The translations under genes and the position numbers were made by a program. A stretch of DNA of 64,000 nucleotides from a virus. Taxonomy: Duplodnaviria > Caudoviricetes. Positions within the stretch are counted from its first letter, which is position 1, and the number at the start of each line of letters is the position of its first letter. Below, one piece after another: positions 48,856 through 55,492 of this stretch. The notes below the pieces were generated by a model that was given only the letters and a program-made list of their open reading frames with translations, was not told the origin of the DNA and did not search any database. The stretch is from IMG/VR virus record IMGVR_UViG_3300031853_000038, positions 601 to 64,600 of that record; one strand, given 5' to 3'.

Positions 48856-48911
48856 GATTCTCGAGTACTATACTTCCACGTAGTGAGAATTGGGTAACGC
48901 TAGATTAGTAC
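48856..48911 (+). ncRNA. Theta (minimal HDV-like) ribozyme 2
   Basis: P1 GATTCTC/GAGAATT, P2 GTACTA/TAGTAC, P3 ACT/AGT, L3 TCCACGT, GG-GTAACG-CTAG. Confidence 0.9.
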
Positions 48912-48937
48912 ATTATTATAAAGAGGAGCTGAGTTTA

Positions 48938-49588
48938 TTGGCATACATTTATAAAATAACAAATAGAATTAATGGAAAGGTTTATATTGGTCAAACAAGT
49001 TTAACTATTAAACATCGTTTACAACAGCATATCAGAGATTCTAAACGTCAAACAATGGAAAATAGACCTTTATATAGAGCTTTTAAAAAATATGGGTATA
49101 ATAATTTTATTATAGAAGAAGTTGAACAATGTAAAAATGATGAAGTAAATGAAAAAGAAAAATATTGGATAAAATATTATGATTCTTATCATAATGGATA
49201 TAATGCTACACTTGGAGGAGAAGGAAGTATAACTATTGATCGTCAATTAGTAATAAATACTTATAAAAAATTACAAACTTGCAAAGCGGTAGCAGAAGAA
49301 TTAAAAATTAATTCAGGTACAGTTAGTGATATTCTTAAAAGTCAAGGAATAGTAGTTACTTCTTCACAAGAATTAAATAGAAAAAGAAACGGAAAACCAG
49401 TAAATATAATTGATGATAATGGAAATATTTTAATAACTTTTAATACATTAAAAGATGCAGCATTATACATTCAAAAAGAAAAAAATATTACAACAGATTG
49501 TAAAGGTATTGTCTCTCATATAAGAGATGTTTGTAATAAAAAAAGAAAAACTGCTTATTCACATAAATGGAAATGGAAAGACACTTAA
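48938..49588 (+). CDS. GIY-YIG homing endonuclease with NUMOD1-like C-terminus (likely TTG start at 48938)
   Basis: AYIYKITNRINGKVYIGQT; RBS GAGGAG; the longer track start overlaps ribozyme 2. Confidence 0.9.
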   Translation: MAYIYKITNRINGKVYIGQTSLTIKHRLQQHIRDSKRQTMENRPLYRAFKKYGYNNFIIEEVEQCKNDEVNEKEKYWIKYYDSYHNGYNATLGGEGSITIDRQLVINTYKKLQTCKAVAEELKINSGTVSDILKSQGIVVTSSQELNRKRNGKPVNIIDDNGNILITFNTLKDAALYIQKEKNITTDCKGIVSHIRDVCNKKRKTAYSHKWKWKDT

Positions 49589-49611
49589 GAAAAGGAGTTG
49601 ATGTAAATAAA

Positions 49612-50169
49612 ATGAGTATTTATTTAATTTCTGATACTCATTTTGGTCACGACCGTGAATTTATTTTTCAACCTCGCGGCTTTAGAGATATTTATTCTCA
49701 CGATCAAAATATAATTCATAATTGGAATTCAGTTGTAGGTAAAAATGATACTGTGTATCATCTTGGTGATGTAATGCTTGGGGATAATGTCCACGGATTA
49801 GAGTGTTTAAAGCAATTAAACGGTCAAATTCATATTATTCGCGGCAATCACGATACGAATCCACGCTTAGCACTATATAAAGAGTGTGATAATGTAGTAG
49901 AAGTTCGTGATGCGGCTTATCTCAAATATGGGAAATATCATTTTTTCCTTACACATTATCCTTGTAATAGTGGTAGCCTTGAAAAAGATTCTTTAAAGGG
50001 TATGACTTGTAACTTTTTTGGACACACTCACCAACAAACTAATTTTTACAGAGATATTCCATATATGTATCACGTAGGTGTTGATTCACATAATTGTACT
50101 CCTGTTAATATTGATGATGCTATCAATGATATGAAGGTTAAAATTGAGGAATGTAAGAATTTTCTTTAA
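49612..50169 (+). CDS. Calcineurin-like metallophosphoesterase
   Basis: SDTHFGH, LGD, RGNHD, THYP, GHTH. Confidence 0.9.
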   Translation: MSIYLISDTHFGHDREFIFQPRGFRDIYSHDQNIIHNWNSVVGKNDTVYHLGDVMLGDNVHGLECLKQLNGQIHIIRGNHDTNPRLALYKECDNVVEVRDAAYLKYGKYHFFLTHYPCNSGSLEKDSLKGMTCNFFGHTHQQTNFYRDIPYMYHVGVDSHNCTPVNIDDAINDMKVKIEECKNFL

Positions 50170-50189
50170 AACTAATCTTCCTCATAAAT

Positions 50190-50264
50190 CGAGGTGTAGT
50201 CTAGTTCGGCTAAGGCGCGCGGTTTGGGACCGTGATATCGGGGGTTCAAATCCCTCCACTTCGA
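50190..50264 (+). tRNA. tRNA-Pro(TGG); no encoded CCA
   Basis: CGCGG-TTTGGGA-CCGTG, C1-G72, A73. Confidence 0.92.
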
Positions 50265-50320
50265 GGGTACCAGTACAGATATGTTCACGTCGTGTACCTG
50301 TTTAAAACAAGAGTCTGTGC
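50265..50320 (+). ncRNA. Theta-like ribozyme 3 (variant, 6-bp P1)
   Basis: P1 GGGTAC/GTACCT (G1.U), P2 GTACAGA/TCTGTGC, P3 ATG/CGT, L3 TTCACGT. Confidence 0.7.
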
Positions 50321-50347
50321 AATACTATAAATAGGAGCTGTTTAATT

Positions 50348-50968
50348 ATGGCATACATTTATAAAATTACTAATAAAATAAATGGAAAAATTTATATAGG
50401 AAAAACATTAAAATCTATTGAAAATAGATGGAGAGAGCATATAAAGGCTTTTGATAAAAAAGAATGTGAAAACAGACCTTTATATAGGGCTTTTAAAAAA
50501 TATGGCATTGAAAATTTTAATATAGAGGAAATTGAAAAGTGTCCAGAACGAGATGCAAGTAATAGAGAGTGCTATTGGATAGAGCAGTATGGCTCTTTTA
50601 AAAATGGTTATAATGCTACTTTAGGTGGAGATGGAAAAAGATATGCTGATTATGATTTAATTTTTAATTTATGGGAAAATGGAAATGATATAAAAACCAT
50701 TCATAAAATTACAAAATATGATGCAGATACAATACGTTCTGCTTTAGATGATAATAATATTACTTCAGAGATACGAAAGCAAAGGCAATATAAAGGTTTT
50801 TCTAAACCAGTAGCAATGTTAGATAAAGACACTAAAGAAATTTTAAAAGTTTTTTCTTCTATTTCAGAAGCATATAAATTTTTAAATAAAAATGGTGATG
50901 GTCATATTTCAAGTGTGTGTAAGGGAAAAAGAAAAACTGCTTATGGATATAGCTGGAAATTAATTTAG
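50348..50968 (+). CDS. GIY-YIG homing endonuclease, paralog of 48938..49588
   Basis: MAYIYKITNKINGKIYIGKT...GYNATLGGDG...KRKTAYGYSWK. Confidence 0.9.
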   Translation: MAYIYKITNKINGKIYIGKTLKSIENRWREHIKAFDKKECENRPLYRAFKKYGIENFNIEEIEKCPERDASNRECYWIEQYGSFKNGYNATLGGDGKRYADYDLIFNLWENGNDIKTIHKITKYDADTIRSALDDNNITSEIRKQRQYKGFSKPVAMLDKDTKEILKVFSSISEAYKFLNKNGDGHISSVCKGKRKTAYGYSWKLI

Positions 50969-50987
50969 ATAAATAAGTAAAATTATT

Positions 50988-51006
50988 AATCCCTCCACTT
51001 CGACCA
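50988..51006 (+). repeat. Direct repeat of the tRNA-Pro 3' end (AATCCCTCCACTTCGA) followed by CCA
   Basis: Identical to 50249..50264. Confidence 0.9.
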
Positions 51007-51401
51007 TATGCTGTGCTATCGGTGATACGGGCGGTTATGTTCTACATATTTTTGGAAAACGTATCCTTGGGAACGCCCTAAAATACGTCAGTATAGTCTT
51101 TTATAATAGTTTTCTAATACTGGTTGTTATATGAAAACTAATTCGCCCGTAGTTAATGGTTCAAATTCTACTAGCAAACTTCCACGATGGTGTTAGAAAA
51201 GTGGATAGAATAACGGTACCGCATACTGCAAGCGCTGTAATAGTATCCGTGGCGGATTCTCCTTTTAGCCTATGATTGAAAAAGTATTTATACTTTTTGG
51301 AAGAAGTGGTTTGGCAAGACCGTTTCTGATTTTTTCTTTGAATTGCCCCAGACGTCTTCGGACTATGGGTTAGGGAATAAGATGAGTCTTATTCCTTATA
51401 T

Positions 51402-51496
51402 GGCGTCCTAATCCTAATTGGTAAGGAAATAGTCTTGAAAACTATTAGTAGTCGCAGAGGTGCGGTGTCTCGGTTCGAGTCCGAGGGGCGTCGCCA
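51402..51496 (+). tRNA. tRNA-Ser(TGA)
   Basis: ATAGT-CTTGAAA-ACTAT, long variable arm, G73, CCA. Confidence 0.92.
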
Positions 51497-51684
51497 AGTA
51501 AGTTGGAAATTAAAAATGGGCAGCAAAAACAGAGGTAGGTAAATTTTACTGTTTTTACTTTCTGTCGGTATCTATACTGATGAAAGGGGTTTTCCTTGCC
51601 GAAGTACAAGGTGCGTATTGCCGAAAAAACCTACATTATTTTATAAATTTTGGAGATTATAAGTAAATAATTTTGGAGGTTTAT

Positions 51685-51927
51685 ATGAGTCATCGTAGAA
51701 AGATGGAAGAAAAACATAGATTAAAACATTTATATCATCAAACGCAATCTTTCTATGAAACTGGCGTCTACTATGATGAAGATAAAAAACGCTATATACG
51801 ATGGTATGCTCCAAGAAGAGCTAAATATTATCGTAGAATAAGTAATAAAAAAGTTCGTCATACAAAATATTTAGTAAATGGTAATACATATAAGAAATAT
51901 TTTGATTATTGGTGGGAACTTTATTAA
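51685..51927 (+). CDS. Small basic hypothetical protein
   Basis: RBS GGAGGT; YYRRISNKKVRH...YKKYFDYWW. Confidence 0.6.
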   Translation: MSHRRKMEEKHRLKHLYHQTQSFYETGVYYDEDKKRYIRWYAPRRAKYYRRISNKKVRHTKYLVNGNTYKKYFDYWWELY

Positions 51928-52273
51928 AATAAATATAATGACAAGAGAAACTTACTTAGGTACCCAATGAGTAAGAGAGGTTTCGCAACTCGAACGTTGT
52001 TTCCGTGTGCGGAAAATACAACAGTATCTGTATAGGAGTCATGACCTATTAAAATTCTGGCTATAAAATTTAGACAGAGAGCCAAGAAGTAGACTAAAGT
52101 CATTATGATTGGAACATTCAGCGCCACAAAGGTCTGCGGGTTTAAGCGATTGTTGTCGATAGGAATAATCGCCCTTTAAAAGTGGAAAGGATAACTTTTA
52201 CGTTCTCTTACGTATGGAGCGGCGAGTGGTATTCGTCGATAACTTTGCGCTAAATAATACCCTACAGTCATCT

Positions 52274-52349
52274 GGCTCGTTAGTTAAGTTGGTCACAACG
52301 CTGGATTCTCAGTCCAGAGGCAAGAGTTCGAATCTCTTACGAGTTACCA
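52274..52349 (+). tRNA. tRNA-Glu(CTC)
   Basis: CTGGA-TTCTCAG-TCCAG, CCA. Confidence 0.92.
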
Positions 52350-52572
52350 CTGGCAAGGTGGCGCTTAACGGTCAAAGTTTGGCGGTATCTTTAAAAACCG
52401 CTATATAGGGTAAGGCAAATTTGTAAGTGTGATTCCTGATTAGGTATTTTATTATAATACCTAAAGGAAAATAGGGTTTTGCCAATATCGAATAGAAAGA
52501 GGTTGATTTCGATATAGTAGCTGGTCAGAGGAGAGTGCAGAAAGCTACTTAAAAACACGAGGTTACTCCATT

Positions 52573-52609
52573 TAGACACATACAGCAACTTATATTAATG
52601 TGGTGTTTA
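52573..52609 (+). ncRNA. CAGCAA-stem RNA C (minimal)
   Basis: TAGACAC-ATACAGCAAC...GTGTTTA. Confidence 0.5.
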
Positions 52610-52840
52610 GAAATGAAAAGAAAGGGAAAGAATATATGAAAAAAATATCAGAGATAGCAAAAGAAATGTCTTCCTTCATTGATTCTATAAGTTTATATCT
52701 TACAGATAGTGAGCTAGCCCAAGCTGCAATAATTGAACGAGATTTACATCATTATGCTAATCTTAACGAATAAAATTTTTGACTTTTTTATAAATTTTTA
52801 GTATAATATATATAGAAAAGTTAAGAAAGAAAAAGAAAAT

Positions 52841-52959
52841 AAAGCACAGACAGCAAAGATTATTTTATAACGATTTTGGAACTTGAAGTAGTGGGTTCGA
52901 GTCCCACCCCAAATGAATGGGTAGCTCAACAGGCAGAGCGCAAGTAGTTATAGTGCTTT
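52841..52959 (+). ncRNA. CAGCAA-stem RNA D: YrlA-like Y RNA with a circularly permuted tRNA domain
   Basis: AAAGCAC/GTGCTTT, TATAAC/GTTATA, ACTTG/CAAGT, then T arm GTGGG-TTCGAGT-CCCAC, loop-closed acceptor CCCA-AATGAA-TGGG, D arm TA-GCTC-AACAGGCA-GAGC. Confidence 0.75.
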
Positions 52960-53027
52960 GTGTAATTGGAAAAACAAAAATTCCAGCAATCAACAAATGT
53001 GTGGTTAGCTGACCTTAAAGCCTATTC

Positions 53028-53102
53028 GGTCGTATAGTTCAATAGTTAGAATAGTGCCCTGTCACGGCACAGACGAGGGAGCATAACCCTCTATGACCGC
53101 CA
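53028..53102 (+). tRNA. tRNA-Asp(GTC), atypical T loop AGCATAA
   Basis: GTGCC-CTGTCAC-GGCAC, G73, CCA. Confidence 0.88.
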
Positions 53103-53332
53103 ACGCTTAGTAGCACAATGCGTTCAATCGTTAGTGGTTTCGGATTATCAACCACCCAATACCCAAAGGATAACTGTTGCTACGCAGAAACACTCAGGGC
53201 TTTATTCAACAATAAATTTGTGAGTTGTAAGTTGAATAAGAGTATTGATATTAAACTCTCGCCGCTAGCTCATGCGGGATATAAACGAGGATGCCGGAGC
53301 CACTGGACTAACGAGATAAATTCCAGTTATAT

Positions 53333-53408
53333 ACAGATGTAGCACAGTAGGTTAGTGCGCATGACTGATAATCGTATTACAGAAGTTCGAATCTTCTCGT
53401 CTGTACCA
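53333..53408 (+). tRNA. tRNA-Ile(GAT)
   Basis: CATGA-CTGATAA-TCGTA, A73, CCA. Confidence 0.88.
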
Positions 53409-53412
53409 TATA

Positions 53413-53477
53413 AAGACACAGACAGCAATTATAATTTAGGAATAAACTTTTAATTTATAACCCTGAACTTGTGTCTT
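53413..53477 (+). ncRNA. CAGCAA-stem RNA E with an isolated Lys(TTT)-like anticodon stem-loop
   Basis: AAGACAC-AGACAGCAAT...AGG-ATAAA-CTTTTAA-TTTAT-CCT...GTGTCTT. Confidence 0.6.
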
Positions 53478-53493
53478 GTACCTTGATAATTTA

Positions 53494-54075
53494 ATAAGTG
53501 CTTTGACAATTTACAACCCAGTGCTAAAACAAGAATGCTCTGTTCTTGCTGGGGTACGACGAAATGGTCAGCGCAACGAAAGATGGATACATCTGGATAG
53601 CGGAATATCCAACTGTTTTAAAGTAGAGATACTTTAAAAGAAGGACGAACTCCAACACCAAAGTCGTAGCACACTTATTGTCGCAAGTAAAGGTAGGATG
53701 CGCATCGCTAGCGTAATAGACGCTTCAGATGGAGAAAAATCTTAGTTAGGTTCAGCTTGGTAACTGAACAAACCTAAGAAAAACCAATAAGCTAGTTTGC
53801 CGTGAAACGAAGAAATTCGTGTATAAGATGTGTATGCAACTCCGAGTAGGTAAAGGCAATGCAAATTGGATTTGAGGATTATAGTTAAAAATAATTTGCT
53901 GAATAGATGCTGAAAGGTACGGGTAGTCAATCCCGTATAGGTTAGTTTTTCGGAAACAGGGATAAGAAGTATAGAGGTCGCTACTTTATGCTCAGCCTTA
54001 TTCTTCCTATTGACTGAATATGCTTGAAGATAGTAAGATGTAGAATGAAGGTTCGTAAATTGTCAAAGCACTTAT
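53494..54075 (+). ncRNA. Large structured ncRNA, 582 nt (ROOL-like by size and context)
   Basis: Perfect 21-bp terminal inverted repeat ATAAGTGCTTTGACAATTTAC/GTAAATTGTCAAAGCACTTAT; many internal hairpins; no good ORF; inside a phage tRNA array. Confidence 0.65.
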
Positions 54076-54098
54076 AACTTATATATTAAATAAAAGAG

Positions 54099-54386
54099 GT
54101 GTTATTATTGTTATCTGAAGAAAAAATTTTAGATATTATCAAAGCGGTTAGAGAAAATCCTTTTTTAGATCGATATAAAGGACTTTTAAAAAGTCAGCCT
54201 CATCTTAATGTTGCTTTAGAAAATAACAAACTTAAATTATGCTCTATTAAATTTTTAGGGTATGATAAAATTATGATTACACCTCTTGGAATTACTTTTA
54301 TTCCATATCATTCTTCTGAACAAAAAGAAAAGCTTTTGGCTTCTATAGATTGGGAAGATTTATGTCAAAAATTAGGAATAGATTAA
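54099..54386 (+). CDS. Hypothetical protein
   Basis: ORF track; RBS AAGAGG. Confidence 0.45.
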   Translation: MLLLLSEEKILDIIKAVRENPFLDRYKGLLKSQPHLNVALENNKLKLCSIKFLGYDKIMITPLGITFIPYHSSEQKEKLLASIDWEDLCQKLGID

Positions 54387-54390
54387 ATAT

Positions 54391-54465
54391 GCGCGTGTAG
54401 CAAAGCGGTTATGCACACGACTTTTAATCGTGTTTAGGTGGGTCCGACTCCCACTACGCGCACCA
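54391..54465 (+). tRNA. tRNA-Lys(TTT)
   Basis: CACGA-CTTTTAA-TCGTG, CCA. Confidence 0.93.
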
Positions 54466-54532
54466 CAATTAAAATTTTTTGACTTTTTTATAAATTTTTA
54501 GTATAATATATATAGAAAAGTTAAGAAAGATA

Positions 54533-54568
54533 AAGATACTTGCAACATACCAATAAATAAAGTGTCTT
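54533..54568 (+). ncRNA. Degenerate CAGCAA-stem element F
   Basis: AAGATAC-TTGCAAC...GTGTCTT directly after a promoter repeat, the same position as element D. Confidence 0.35.
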
Positions 54569-54574
54569 GTATAT

Positions 54575-54646
54575 GGGGCTGTGGCGCAACGGGAGCGTAT
54601 CTGATTTGCATTCAGAGGGTTGTGGGTTCAAATCCCATCAGTTCCA
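54575..54646 (+). tRNA. tRNA-Ala(TGC); no encoded CCA
   Basis: G3.U70, TCTGA-TTTGCAT-TCAGA, A73. Confidence 0.93.
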
Positions 54647-54701
54647 GTCGTTCTAACTGTAAGCCTCCACGTGGCGAACGATGGGTAATGCTAATTACAG
54701 T
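54647..54701 (+). ncRNA. Theta (minimal HDV-like) ribozyme 4
   Basis: P1 GTCGTTC/GAACGAT (G1.U), P2 ACTGTAA/TTACAGT, P3 GCC/GGC, L3 TCCACGT, GG-GTAATG-CTAA. Confidence 0.92.
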
Positions 54702-54734
54702 AATAAAAAGAAAGAAAGAAAGAAGGAAGAAAAT

Positions 54735-55118
54735 ATGGCTCGTTTTCTTTGCTATGCAACAGAAAATAAATACGGCGGTCTTCACGGTATAGAAAATACT
54801 TTTATAACAGAAGCTGAGGATATTGAAGAGGCTCAGAGTGAATGTTTTGAAGCTAGCATTGAACTTATGGGTTCTTATGGAGATATAGAAGAAGAGCTTT
54901 GGGAAGAAGCTAAATTTCATCTTAGTGATGAAGAAGCAGAAGACCAAGACAAACTTGATGAAGCTTTTTGGGAATGTCAATGTGAGAACGCTTGCGCTCA
55001 AGTTTGGGAAGTAGATGAAAAGAAAGCGGGAAACCTTTCTACTTATGAACTTGATACAATAGCTTGTAACGAGGGATACGAAACTTTCCTTGAAGAGTAT
55101 TGCATTCAAGAAGATTAA
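54735..55118 (+). CDS. Highly acidic hypothetical protein (likely start ATG 54735)
   Basis: Glu/Asp-rich; RBS GAAGGA; the track start overlaps ribozyme 4. Confidence 0.6.
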   Translation: MARFLCYATENKYGGLHGIENTFITEAEDIEEAQSECFEASIELMGSYGDIEEELWEEAKFHLSDEEAEDQDKLDEAFWECQCENACAQVWEVDEKKAGNLSTYELDTIACNEGYETFLEEYCIQED

Positions 55119-55121
55119 TAC

Positions 55122-55196
55122 GGGGTCATTAGTGTAGAGGTAACACGGCTGTTTGTGGCACAGCAATCCTTGATTCGATTTCAAGATGTCCCACCA
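55122..55196 (+). tRNA. tRNA-His(GTG)
   Basis: GCTGT-TTGTGGC-ACAGC; encoded G-1 candidate opposite A73; CCA. Confidence 0.85.
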
Positions 55197-55201
55197 ATTA
55201 T

Positions 55202-55292
55202 AAGGCTCACACAGCAAAGATTTTTTATGGTTTAAATGATACTCTGCAAAAGTGTTGTGAAAAGGTTCGATTCCTTTAAAATTATGAGCCTT
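55202..55292 (+). ncRNA. CAGCAA-stem RNA G enclosing a degenerate tRNA-Cys(GCA)-like body
   Basis: AAGGCTCA-CACAGCAAA...TGAGCCTT; ATACT-CTGCAAA-AGTGT; AAAGG-TTCGATT-CCTTT; AT-only acceptor-like stem, no CCA. Confidence 0.65.
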
Positions 55293-55299
55293 GATATAC

Positions 55300-55336
55300 G
55301 CCGCTATAGCCCAATTGGCAGGAGGCAATAGTTTTA
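55300..55336 (+). pseudogene. 5' half of a Leu-type tRNA, truncated in the anticodon loop
   Basis: GCCGCTA-TA-GCCCAATTGGCAGGAGGC-A-ATAGT-TTTA; no matching 3' half in the window. Confidence 0.75.
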
Positions 55337-55492
55337 TAAAACAAAGAAAAAGATATTATATCTTTTTAAAAATATTTTATATAAAATATAAAATCGAACT
55401 TATAAATTTTAATGTGCCAAAAAATTGTACTTGTACTATATCTTTTTTACTTATAATTAGAATAAAATAATTATAATTAAAAGGGTGTTAGT

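Noticed and set aside
51570-51620. Hammerhead ribozyme (CTGATGA at 51577)
   Set aside because: The following hairpin is not followed by GAAA, and no stem I/III partners were found.
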